Under the pieces are notes generated by a model. The model had not been told where the DNA came from. It was given only the letters and a program-made list of their open reading frames with translations, and ran no database searches. Below, piece after piece: positions 55,568 to 64,000 of a stretch of 64,000 nt of DNA. Each line of letters starts with the position of its first letter. Positions within the stretch are counted from its first letter, which is position 1. The stretch lies in assembly GCA_965649125.1 (NCBI GenBank), contig CBFGJO010000003.1, positions 1,459 through 65,458 on the forward strand, written 5' to 3'. The stretch is from a candidate division WOR-3 bacterium. GTDB lineage: Bacteria; Hydrothermota; Hydrothermia; Hydrothermales; Hydrothermaceae. Made by a program: the position numbers and the translations under genes.

Positions 55568-55762
55568 AGTTAAAAAATAGTAAAGTAACTGTGAACATTC
55601 TTGCTTTAGTGCCTGGTATAATGAGTTTACTTATTGTGGTTTTTGCTACATTTATGCAAATTTATATCTCAAAGATGAAAAATAAACTTGTTCAAAAAGA
55701 TTAAAAAACTCACAAAGTCTCTTTAAGTTTCTATAATAAAAAAAGATATAATATTGAATAGT

Positions 55763-56137
55763 TTATCTTATAAACTTTAAAAAAGTAAAAAGAATTGCTG
55801 TTATAACACCAATTTGAAGAGCCCAGAATATAAACATCCATTTTATTATGTTTGCATATGTTCTTGAAATTTCAACCCTTAATTTTGAAATTTCTTCTGT
55901 TATCCTTTTATCAAGTTTTGCAAGGTCTTCTGAGCGCAATCTTGATATCTCTTCAGTTATCCTTTTGTCAAGTTTTGCTATCTCTTCAGTAAGTCTTCTT
56001 TCATATTTCTCTGTTTGGATCTCTATTATATTTTCCTTTACCTTTTCATCTGCAAGATTTATTAACTCAAGAAGTGCTTCTACTCCATCATCACCCAACT
56101 TTTCCCTCAAAACCTTTGGAACATTTATTATTTTCAT
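55763..56137 (-). CDS. tail-anchored coiled-coil protein (DUF1640-like) with 19-aa tandem duplication
   Basis: LREKLGDDGVEALLELIN N-terminus. Repeats EEIAKLDKRITEEISRLRS / EDLAKLDKRITEEISKLRV. C-terminal TM WMFIFWALQIGVITAILFTF. Confidence 0.6.
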   Translation of the reverse strand: MKIINVPKVLREKLGDDGVEALLELINLADEKVKENIIEIQTEKYERRLTEEIAKLDKRITEEISRLRSEDLAKLDKRITEEISKLRVEISRTYANIIKWMFIFWALQIGVITAILFTFLKFIR

Positions 56138-56143
56138 AAATAA

Positions 56144-56172
56144 ATTATAAGGGAAAATTAAAGAAAAATCAA
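56144..56172 (-). promoter_or_regulatory. sigma70-like promoter placing the transcription start at or next to the ATG (leaderless candidate)
   Basis: The minus strand has TTGATT (56167-56172), a 17-nt spacer and TATAAT (56144-56149). Six nt (TTATTT) then precede the ATG at 56137. No SD. Confidence 0.4.
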
Positions 56173-56187
56173 AGGAGTTTTAAATAA

Positions 56188-56916
56188 TTATTCTATATTT
56201 TTGCTTATTTCCCTTATATTTTCTGCACAGAGTTTTATCTCAATTGCAATGTTTATATTATTTAAATTCTCTGATTTCTGAGAAATTGTATTTCCTTCCC
56301 TTAAAATCTCCTGCCCCAAAAAATCAATTTTTTTACCACATTCACCCTTTGAATTTATGGTTTTAAATATTGAATCAATATGTGAAAGAATCCTTACCTT
56401 TTCTTCCTTACATTTTTCATCATCCAGATTTTTTAATAAATTATCAAGTTTTTTAACTTCTTCCAAGAGTGCCTTTTTTAAATTTTCACCTTCCTCTTTT
56501 CTAAATTTCAAAAGTTTTTTTATTGCAATCTCAAGTGTATTTAAAAATATTCTTTTTTTCTTCTCTAAATTCTCCTTTTTTATGAAAATCTCCCTTAAAA
56601 TATCAGCGTTATCAAAATATATGTTCAACTTTTCACTTTTTTCAAATCTTTTTATACTATGAATAAGTCTTTTAAGTTTTTTTTCATCAGCAATATAATC
56701 TTCTGGTGGTGGAAAATAAAACTTAATTTTTACTTTACCCCTTTTTAAATATTTTCTGAGAATTTTTCTCATCTCCCTTTCAAGCCCGATTATATCCCTG
56801 TTTCCTGAAAGGGTTATTTCAAGTTCCTTTGAATTAAGAGAGATTATTTCAACTTCAAAATTTCCATATTTTTTTGTATATCTTTTCGCATATCCATATC
56901 CTGTCATGCTTAACAT
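56188..56916 (-). CDS. yicC: YicC/YloC family protein
   Basis: MLSMTGYGYA start. C-terminal GKKIDFLGQEILREGNTISQKS matches the YicC DUF1732 motif. The start is chosen at the ATG 1 nt after the upstream stop rather than at 56940. Confidence 0.8.
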   Translation of the reverse strand: MLSMTGYGYAKRYTKKYGNFEVEIISLNSKELEITLSGNRDIIGLEREMRKILRKYLKRGKVKIKFYFPPPEDYIADEKKLKRLIHSIKRFEKSEKLNIYFDNADILREIFIKKENLEKKKRIFLNTLEIAIKKLLKFRKEEGENLKKALLEEVKKLDNLLKNLDDEKCKEEKVRILSHIDSIFKTINSKGECGKKIDFLGQEILREGNTISQKSENLNNINIAIEIKLCAENIREISKNIE

Positions 56917-56917
56917 A

Positions 56918-57574
56918 TCATTCCAGAATAACTTCTTCAAAAAGGAGTTGATTTAGGAAAAAATAAAGGAATGAAAAGAAAAGTAGAATATAAAAATAGG
57001 GGGAAAGGAATTTTTCATTATATAAAACTTTATTTGTGAGGGAAATTGCAGAAATAAAAGGCGGTATAAAAAGGGGAATTATAATAAGAGGTAAAAAAAA
57101 TTCTTTTGCCTTTGTATTCATTGCTAAAAAGGAGATTAAAATTCCCAAAGAAGAAAAGGAAAAGGATGTAAAAAATAAAATTATTAAAAAGTAGGAAAAT
57201 ATCTTTAATGAAAAGGGGAAATTTAAAAAAATTAAAAATAAAAAATAAAGAAGTATTCCTGAGAGGAATAAAAAAATTGTTAAAGAAAGTGTTTTTCCGA
57301 TAAAAATGCTTTCCCTGTCAATTGGTAAAATAAGAAGCCCTTTAAAACCACCATTCATTTCCTTCACTATGTATTTTGAAAGGGTTATTATTCCAGAAAA
57401 AAGAAAGGAGAGCCAGAAAATAAAGGGTGAAAATTCTTTATTCTGAATTGTAAAAGAGATAAAAACTATTAACAAAAATGAAAAAAGTAGAAAAGGTATT
57501 ATTATTTCTCTTGTCTTTATTTCAAGAATTATATCTTTATAAATTATCCAAAAAGAGGAAAATTTTTTAGCCAA
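56918..57574 (-). CDS. CcmB-like ABC-2 type permease
   Basis: 218 aa with six TM segments. KDIILEIKTRE and LLILPIDRESIFIGKTL resemble heme exporter CcmB. No CcmA or CcmC nearby. Confidence 0.4.
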   Translation of the reverse strand: MAKKFSSFWIIYKDIILEIKTREIIIPFLLFSFLLIVFISFTIQNKEFSPFIFWLSFLFSGIITLSKYIVKEMNGGFKGLLILPIDRESIFIGKTLSLTIFLFLSGILLYFLFLIFLNFPFSLKIFSYFLIILFFTSFSFSSLGILISFLAMNTKAKEFFLPLIIIPLFIPPFISAISLTNKVLYNEKFLSPYFYILLFFSFLYFFLNQLLFEEVILE

Positions 57575-57752
57575 TTACTTTATTTACTTTTCTTAAACAT
57601 TTTGTGCAAACATAAACTCTTTTTATTTTATCTTTTTCTTTTATCCTTATTTTATGTAAATTTGGTTTAAAAAATCTCCTTGTAACATTATGAGCATGGG
57701 AAACATTCCTTCCTATTTGTGTATGTTTTCCACATTTATAACATTTTGCCAT
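57567..57752 (-). CDS. rpmB: 50S ribosomal protein L28 (four-Cys zinc-ribbon form)
   Basis: MAKCYKCGKHTQIGRNVSHAHNVTRRFFKPNL..VCTKCLR. Confidence 0.9.
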   Translation of the reverse strand: MAKCYKCGKHTQIGRNVSHAHNVTRRFFKPNLHKIRIKEKDKIKRVYVCTKCLRKVNKVIG

Positions 57753-57784
57753 ATTTTAATTGTATAGTAAAAATATCTATAATT

Positions 57785-58834
57785 TCAATCGCGTTGCCAC
57801 CATCTATTCGGAAATTTTTCCTTTAAAATTTTGTCTCCTTCACCTACCGGCTCTAAACCATTCATTCTCATCTCTGCATCCATCATTATTTTAACAAGTT
57901 CCTTAAATTTAATTTTTGGTTCCCATCCAAGTTCCCTTTTTGCCTTTGAAAAGTCTGCCCTTAAATTTTCAACATCTATAGGTCTTAAATATTCTTTATC
58001 TATCCTTATATAACTTTCCCATTTAAGTCCAACATAGGAAAAAGCCTCCTCAAGAAACTCTTTAACGGAATGCCATTCACCCGTTCCTATTACATAATCA
58101 TCAGGTTTTTCCTTTTGGAGCATTTTCCACATTACTTCAATATATTCGGGTGTATAACCCCAATCCCTTTTTGCTTCTATATTTCCTAAGTATAAAAACT
58201 CCTGTTTTTTCTTAAGAATATTTACAATTCCAAGTGTAATCTTTCTTGTAACAAATGTTTCCCCTCTTCTTGGTGATTCATGGTTAAAAAGTATTCCATT
58301 TACAGCAAATATTCCATAAGCATCCCTGTAAATTCTTGTCATCCAGTAAGCATAAAGTTTTGCTGCTGCATAAGGACTTCTTGGAAAAAATCCAGAATTT
58401 TCATTTTGAGGAGGGCGAGCAAGACCAAACATTTCTGATGAAGAAGCCTGATAAAATTTACAGGAAATACCACTTTTTTTAATTGCCTCTAAAATCCTTA
58501 CCGCTCCTAAACCTGTTATATCTCCTGTATATTCAGGCAGATCAAAACTAACTTTTACATGGCTCTGCGCACCTAAGTTATAAATTTCATCAGGTTTTAC
58601 CTCATAAATTAAATTTGTTAAATATGAAGAATCTGATAAATCTCCATAGTGTAAGAAAAGTTTTGCGCCAGGTGTATGGGGGTCTATGTATATGTGTTCA
58701 ATCCTTGTTGTTGATGTTGTTGAAGACCTTCTTATTATTCCATGAACTTCATATCCTTTTGACAACAAAAATTCTGCCAGATAAGAACCATCCTGTCCAG
58801 TTATTCCAGTTATTATTGCCTTTTTCGTTTTCAT
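57785..58834 (-). CDS. gmd: GDP-mannose 4,6-dehydratase
   Basis: [37 protein letters not shown] and [17 protein letters not shown]. Confidence 0.9.
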   Translation of the reverse strand: MKTKKAIITGITGQDGSYLAEFLLSKGYEVHGIIRRSSTTSTTRIEHIYIDPHTPGAKLFLHYGDLSDSSYLTNLIYEVKPDEIYNLGAQSHVKVSFDLPEYTGDITGLGAVRILEAIKKSGISCKFYQASSSEMFGLARPPQNENSGFFPRSPYAAAKLYAYWMTRIYRDAYGIFAVNGILFNHESPRRGETFVTRKITLGIVNILKKKQEFLYLGNIEAKRDWGYTPEYIEVMWKMLQKEKPDDYVIGTGEWHSVKEFLEEAFSYVGLKWESYIRIDKEYLRPIDVENLRADFSKAKRELGWEPKIKFKELVKIMMDAEMRMNGLEPVGEGDKILKEKFPNRWWQRD

Positions 58835-58864
58835 AATTTAATTATAATGGTTTATAATAAAAAA

Positions 58865-59857
58865 ATGAAAGTAATTGCCTTTGAAACTTCCTGTGATGAA
58901 ACATCCTGTGCAATTTTAGAGAATAACAAAGTCTTAGCAAATATAACAACAGTACATATTCTTCACAGGGAATATGGAGGTGTTGTGCCTGAGATTGCTT
59001 CAAGAGTTCATACTGCATTAATTTTACCGAGTTTAAAAACAGCCCTTGAAATTTCAAAAATAAATATTGAAGAGGTTGATATAATTTCAGCAACACAGGG
59101 ACCAGGTCTTATTGTTTCGCTTTTGGTTGGTTTTACATTTGCAAAATCACTTGCATATTTTTATAAAAAACCATTTATAGGGGTTGACCATCTTGAAGGT
59201 CATTTATATTCAATATTTATTGATTTTCCTGATTTAAAACCACCTATTTTATTTCTGCTTGCTTCAGGTGGCCATACCGAATTTTTTTTAATGGAAGAGA
59301 ATGAAGAAATAAAATATCTTGGGGGAACACTTGATGATGCAGCAGGTGAAGCCTTTGATAAAGGCGCAAAGATTTTAGGTTTCCCTTATCCTGGTGGCGT
59401 AAGAATTTCTGAAATTGCAGAAAGAGGGAACCCTCAAAAATTTAATTTTCCAAGAGCAAAAACACCGCCATTTTCTTTCAGTTTTTCTGGTTTGAAAACA
59501 TCTTTACTTTATTTTGTAAAAAAAAGACCTAAAAGATTTATAGAGGAAAACCTGGAAGATATATGTGCATCATATCAAGAGGCAATTGTTGATAGTTTAT
59601 TAGAGAAAACAAAGGAAGCAAAAGAAATTTTAGGAATAGAGAAAATAGCAGTTGTTGGAGGTGTTTCTGCAAATGAAAGACTGAGGAAAAAATTTAAGGA
59701 AATTTTGAAAGAAGTCTATTTCCCTTCAAAAATTTATACATCTGATAATGCATGCATGATAGGGATAAGAGCAATCTCACTTTTTAAAAAGGGAATAAGA
59801 ACACCTTTTGATGCTTTACCTTATACTGTTTATCCATTAAAAGCAAATTCAATTTAA
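58865..59857 (+). CDS. tsaD: tRNA N6-adenosine threonylcarbamoyltransferase
   Basis: MKVIAFETSCDETSCAI, VDHLEGHL, GGHTEF and DDAAGEAFDKGAK. The start is taken at the second in-frame ATG. Confidence 0.9.
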   Translation: MKVIAFETSCDETSCAILENNKVLANITTVHILHREYGGVVPEIASRVHTALILPSLKTALEISKINIEEVDIISATQGPGLIVSLLVGFTFAKSLAYFYKKPFIGVDHLEGHLYSIFIDFPDLKPPILFLLASGGHTEFFLMEENEEIKYLGGTLDDAAGEAFDKGAKILGFPYPGGVRISEIAERGNPQKFNFPRAKTPPFSFSFSGLKTSLLYFVKKRPKRFIEENLEDICASYQEAIVDSLLEKTKEAKEILGIEKIAVVGGVSANERLRKKFKEILKEVYFPSKIYTSDNACMIGIRAISLFKKGIRTPFDALPYTVYPLKANSI

Positions 59858-60745
59858 AATAATTTTGGGATAAATACTCACAAAAATTATTATTGAAAAG
59901 AGAAATAAAAAATAATAGTTAAAAATTTTTATCTGATTCATATTTTTATTTTTTACTTCAAAGAATGATAAAATACCAAGGGGTATGGATAAAAGATAAA
60001 GTAAAAGAAATTTTAAAATTAAGGGGGTAATAAGATATGAATAAAGGATTAAATATGCAGAAGAGATTCTTCCTTTTTCTTCTCCAAAAATTACAGGTAT
60101 TGTCTTTACATTTAGAATTCTATCTCCTTCTATATCAAGCAAATCTCTAAAAGAAATTGCAGGTGTTAATGCTAAGAAGATTAAAAGATAAATTTTCAAT
60201 GGAATTTTTTTATAAGGAAGATTTATTCCGAAGCCCATCATAAATGAAAATAATGCAGCAATTCCAAGAATTAAAATATTTAATGGAAAAAATTTTTTTA
60301 ACCTGAGTGGAGGAACTGAATAAATAATATGTAAAAGATGGGAAAATAAAAATATTAAAAAAACTCTTAAAGAAAAGAGTGTTAAAAAAATACTTGAAAT
60401 GAAAAAGAATAAAAAATAAAATATGACTTCCCTTTTATTGTATTCATAAAAAAATGGATTTGTCTTTCTTACATATTTATCTCCCTCTTTATCAAAATAA
60501 TCGTTCAAAATTAATGCTGACTCAAATAAAAGGAAAAGAGAGAGGAAAACATTTAAAAAATAAAAAAATTTTTCTATCCTGTATTCTTTTAAAAAAATTG
60601 AGATCAAATAACCGCCAGTTGTGAGGAAAAAATAGTGTAAGAAAAGATAAATTCTCAAAATGGGAAAAGAAAGCCTTTTTAAAAAGGATGATTTTATATA
60701 TAAAAAAATTGTAAAAATTGAAACTCCTAAAAATAAATAAAACAC
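59849..60745 (-). CDS. UbiA-family prenyltransferase
   Basis: NDYFDKEGDK (NDxxDxxxD), a second Asp-rich motif RDLLDIEGD, and about 8 TM segments. Confidence 0.8.
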   Translation of the reverse strand: MFYLFLGVSIFTIFLYIKSSFLKRLSFPILRIYLFLHYFFLTTGGYLISIFLKEYRIEKFFYFLNVFLSLFLLFESALILNDYFDKEGDKYVRKTNPFFYEYNKREVIFYFLFFFISSIFLTLFSLRVFLIFLFSHLLHIIYSVPPLRLKKFFPLNILILGIAALFSFMMGFGINLPYKKIPLKIYLLIFLALTPAISFRDLLDIEGDRILNVKTIPVIFGEEKGRISSAYLILYSYLITPLILKFLLLYLLSIPLGILSFFEVKNKNMNQIKIFNYYFLFLFSIIIFVSIYPKIILN

Positions 60746-60760
60746 CTTTTAAATTAAATT

Positions 60761-63172
60761 TTACTTTATCTCACCTAATATTTTGAATTCAACTCTTCTA
60801 TTTAACTGATGCTGTTCCTCTGTCTTTGCATTTGGAACAACGGGTCTATCCTCACCATATCCAATCGCAACAAGTCTTCTTGCATCTATTCCATGTTTTG
60901 TTATGAAATATGTTTTAACAGAGTTTGCCCTTGCATCTGTTAATCTAAAGTTGTATGCTCTTGTTCCCCTTTCATCAGCATGACCACCTATTTCAACTTT
61001 CATTGTTGGATTATCCTTTAAAACCTGAGCGATTGAATCAAGAACTGGATAAGATTCTGGTCTTATTGTTGCCTTGTTGAAATCAAAATAGATATTTCTA
61101 AATGTGAAAACCATTTTTTCCTGGAGCATCGGGAAGTCCTTTATATTCTTTTCCCCTCCTCTTACACTAACATAGGCAGCCTGTGGAATATACTTTGGAC
61201 CTTTTTCTGGTTTTGGCACACTCACTTCAAATAGATATGTCCCTGCATATAGAATTATCTCATAAGTTCCATCCTCTTTACTTTTCATTTCTTTAACAAG
61301 TTTACCTGTTGAATCCTTTATAACCATATCTCCGACAAGTGCTTCGTGTGTTTGGGCATTATAAATTTTACCAAGAACTATTCCTTTATTTGGTTTTAAA
61401 AGGATATCTTTTTCAATTAAAGTTGCAGGTTTCATTATTATAGACTCTACTTTTTTATAATAATCAGGATGCTCAAATATAAAGGTATATTCACCTGCTT
61501 CAAGTTGAACCTTTAAAAATCCAAGGGTATCTGCTTTTAATTTCTCCTCTTTATCTTTAAATTTAACTGTTATTTCAGGCTGAACTGGCTCACCTGTTAA
61601 TGCATCCTTTATTTTTAAAGCAAGTATTCCATAATTTGGAACAAGTTTAAATGTTAAATCAGCTGTTTTACCTGCTTTAACTTCTCCAGACAGTTTCTTT
61701 GGAAAATATTTTTCTTTTACAACATGAACAATATAATCTCCCGGAGTTAATGAATAAAAGAAAAAACCATTTTGGTCTGATGAAAGTTTTTTAACAAGTT
61801 TATTCCCTTTATAAATATTTACTTCTGCAATTAATGGTTTGCCTGTGATAGAATCCTCAATTGTTCCTCTTATCTTTCCTTTCATTGGAGTTCTCAATCC
61901 CCAGTAAAGACTGAGTGCTTCTCCATTGCTTCCAAAGAAAAATCCTCTTGAATGGGAATAACCAAGATCAAAATAGAAATAATCAAAGGAAAAACCTATC
62001 CCATAAGAAAGGGAAATCCCTTGATGACCGCCTAAGGAACTCCCTATTCTTGTGATAAACCACTCTTTTAGTGGATATTCAAAAGCAAAGGAAAGTTTTG
62101 GTATGATTGAAGAAAGTGCCCTTTCCTTAAACCCTTGCTCATAATCAAAGAATATCTTCCACATTTTTTCAGGGTTAAAATAGGTTATTCCAAGCCTCAA
62201 AATAAGAGGCAATTTCTTTGAAAATGGATCTATTTCATAGGTATCAGAGGTATCAACCCCTAAACTCTCCCTTTTTTCTTTATTCAATAAATTCCATATG
62301 TTAAAATCTTCAATTCTTCCAAAATGATAACCTTCTTTTGCATATTTGTCCAAACCAAAATCAATCCCGAAAACAGGACCTGTTCCCCATTTTAAAGAAG
62401 AATAAATGTTTGAGAATGAAAGTCCTATAGCAAATCTATCCTTATAATTTGCTCCAAGTCCTAAATCAAAAGAAAAACCATTTCCACCAATACCATATCT
62501 TGCCTTTAATGTATCGTATCCCTCTATTTCTCTTTTTCCTGAAACAAGTGCTGCTCTAAAATCAAGAACTTCTTCATATCCTATACCAATAATGTAAGAG
62601 AATCCAAGCCCATAAATTATTCTTAAATCCTCATTATAATCGTACCTGTATCCAAAAGAAAATTTATTTTCTAAATAAGATAATGCCTCTGCATCAAAAT
62701 CATTTAAATCGTATATTTTTCCGAGTTTATTTCCAAAAAATGAAAGGGACCAGAAATCCTTTGTTGTTTTAATAAAACTTGCATTTACGATTCGCATCCC
62801 AAATCCAAAGTATTTATAAGCAAATGAAAGCCCTGTTAAATCACCTCCAAGATGAAGTTTAAAAAATCTACCAGGTATTGAATTATAAAATTCTTGTTTA
62901 TCTTTATAATTTAAACTATCTCCATTATTTGCTTTATCAGCCATCTTATTCCACCATGATATTGAGAATGTGTTGTTTGTAAATCCTAAAAATCCTGATA
63001 AGGGAAAAGAAAAGGAAAATGAGGGATTCAATTTTGAACATAAAAGTGCAGGATTATAAAATATTGCCTGTGAACCATAAGTATAAGAATAACCAAGCCA
63101 CATTCCCGCATTTGGATAGTTATAATAGGAAAATAAAATACATGGAAAAATTAAGATAAAAAATCTCTTCAT
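60761..63172 (-). CDS. outer-membrane protein: N-terminal beta-barrel + three CarboxypepD_reg-like domains + C-terminal OmpA domain
   Basis: Signal peptide. About 440 aa of aromatic/Gly-rich alternating strands. Three G.I.D..TG.P repeats (GTIEDSITGKPL, IKDALTGEPV, IYNAQTHEAL). OmpA motif FDFNKATIR..GHADERGT..YNFRLTDARA..NRRVEF. Confidence 0.8.
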   Translation of the reverse strand: MKRFFILIFPCILFSYYNYPNAGMWLGYSYTYGSQAIFYNPALLCSKLNPSFSFSFPLSGFLGFTNNTFSISWWNKMADKANNGDSLNYKDKQEFYNSIPGRFFKLHLGGDLTGLSFAYKYFGFGMRIVNASFIKTTKDFWSLSFFGNKLGKIYDLNDFDAEALSYLENKFSFGYRYDYNEDLRIIYGLGFSYIIGIGYEEVLDFRAALVSGKREIEGYDTLKARYGIGGNGFSFDLGLGANYKDRFAIGLSFSNIYSSLKWGTGPVFGIDFGLDKYAKEGYHFGRIEDFNIWNLLNKEKRESLGVDTSDTYEIDPFSKKLPLILRLGITYFNPEKMWKIFFDYEQGFKERALSSIIPKLSFAFEYPLKEWFITRIGSSLGGHQGISLSYGIGFSFDYFYFDLGYSHSRGFFFGSNGEALSLYWGLRTPMKGKIRGTIEDSITGKPLIAEVNIYKGNKLVKKLSSDQNGFFFYSLTPGDYIVHVVKEKYFPKKLSGEVKAGKTADLTFKLVPNYGILALKIKDALTGEPVQPEITVKFKDKEEKLKADTLGFLKVQLEAGEYTFIFEHPDYYKKVESIIMKPATLIEKDILLKPNKGIVLGKIYNAQTHEALVGDMVIKDSTGKLVKEMKSKEDGTYEIILYAGTYLFEVSVPKPEKGPKYIPQAAYVSVRGGEKNIKDFPMLQEKMVFTFRNIYFDFNKATIRPESYPVLDSIAQVLKDNPTMKVEIGGHADERGTRAYNFRLTDARANSVKTYFITKHGIDARRLVAIGYGEDRPVVPNAKTEEQHQLNRRVEFKILGEIK

Positions 63173-63182
63173 TTTACCTCCT

Positions 63183-64000
63183 TTATTTTTCTAATGTTTC
63201 AAGATCTGTTAAAACTGTTGCTTCAATCCATCCATTAACTCTTAAAGAATCCCTTGACCTTAAATATGCTTTACCTTGCTTCGGTATTTTAACTTTTAAT
63301 ACATAAAATACAAGAGAATCTTGAAATACATTGAAATCATCCTTAGTAAGTTCTAATGTATCACTCCATGATTTAGCACCTGTTGATTTACCTGTAACAG
63401 TATCTTTTGGGGCAGAATAAAAGGGAAAATTATGAATTACTGAATCAGGAGGCCATTCAAGACCTTTTAAATAAATTGTTCCATAAGCCTGCGCCGGGAG
63501 CGAATGTCTGAAATTCAGTATTATTCTAATTTTTGCAACCTGCCCTTTTTTTGCTGCTTCCCTTATTTCCTTTTCTGTTTTAAAAGTATCTTCTTTTGTA
63601 AAAATTATATCTTCAAGGAGTTGGGCTCCAAAGAGAACCCTTTTTACCCCCAAGATCGTATCTAAAATTGTACTACCTGTTTTAATCTTTGTATCTTCAA
63701 CTCTTATTTGAAGTTTATGTGGACCAAAAGGGAAATCAGGATAAATTACTTTTATAATTGTATCTATATTGCCTGGAGGGAATTTGAAATATATTGTATC
63801 ATCTCTCCATATTTTCATAGTATCACCAATTGTATCCCAGCACCATGGAGTAAATCTCACATACCCTTTAATTGTATCAGGTGCATTTCCTTTTATCTTT
63901 ACCTTGCCAATCATTGTAAATAAAAGGGAGCGGAAAAGTGACCTCATAGTATCAATATCTTTTCCAAGTGACCTTCTCAAACTTGCATAAAATATCTGAA
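63183..64000 (-). CDS. hypothetical secreted/envelope protein (5' end probably outside window)
   Basis: The frame stays open upstream of the ORF-track TTG start (63980) to the window edge. No family recognised. It is 10 nt upstream of the OmpA-domain gene. Confidence 0.45.
   Translation of the reverse strand, partial: QIFYASLRRSLGKDIDTMRSLFRSLLFTMIGKVKIKGNAPDTIKGYVRFTPWCWDTIGDTMKIWRDDTIYFKFPPGNIDTIIKVIYPDFPFGPHKLQIRVEDTKIKTGSTILDTILGVKRVLFGAQLLEDIIFTKEDTFKTEKEIREAAKKGQVAKIRIILNFRHSLPAQAYGTIYLKGLEWPPDSVIHNFPFYSAPKDTVTGKSTGAKSWSDTLELTKDDFNVFQDSLVFYVLKVKIPKQGKAYLRSRDSLRVNGWIEATVLTDLETLEK

Noticed and set aside
55893-55978. Two near-identical 29-nt direct repeats as a possible mini CRISPR or repeat array.
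   Set aside because: There are only two copies, spaced at 57 nt in frame within a CDS. They encode a duplicated coiled-coil heptad segment.
1-64000. Mobile elements, prophage, CRISPR-Cas, restriction-modification, toxin-antitoxin or known anti-phage defence genes.
   Set aside because: No transposase, integrase, Cas, methyltransferase/nuclease pair, STAND/AAA defence ATPase or reverse transcriptase signatures were seen in any of the listed ORFs.

Overview
Strongly AT-rich, very tightly packed bacterial chromosomal window: about 65 protein genes, one tRNA, and no rRNA, CRISPR array, transposase, integrase or phage genes that I can see. Many neighbouring genes overlap by 4-22 nt. Most content is core metabolism and maintenance: glnA, 2-oxoacid:ferredoxin oxidoreductase, ddl, rpe, ugd/uxs, succinate dehydrogenase/fumarate reductase, speE, yebC-ruvC-ruvA, lutB/lutA-like genes, a V-type ATPase A subunit, nuoM/nuoN, cdd, tatC, truA, ADP-forming acetyl-CoA synthetase, lemA/htpX-like genes, rpmB, gmd and tsaD. 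Envelope genes include an OmpA-domain barrel protein and an M6 metalloprotease with FG-GAP repeats and a T9SS-like C-terminal domain. By inference this suggests a diderm with FCB-group-like secretion. Regions worth a second look: (1) 7166-15988, an alpha-2-macroglobulin island combining a YfaT/DUF1175-like gene, a thioester A2M, a transpeptidase-only PBP, a SpoIID protein with an HExxH tail and an anchored unknown protein. (2) 50727-55567, five translationally coupled genes (FN3-anchored protein, three membrane proteins, TPR protein) with no family I can name; this is my best candidate for an undescribed membrane system. (3) 44302-45925, a self-contained unit: consensus promoter, 21-codon sORF, two paralogous small proteins, a decayed third copy and a hairpin. 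(4) 16016-17125, a decayed DUF47-PiT phosphate transporter locus. (5) A minimal ComEC gene whose first ~130 codons contain no ATG/GTG/TTG. (6) A V-ATPase A subunit and a nuoMN pair, each separated from the rest of its complex. All family calls come from motif reading by eye; no searches were run.
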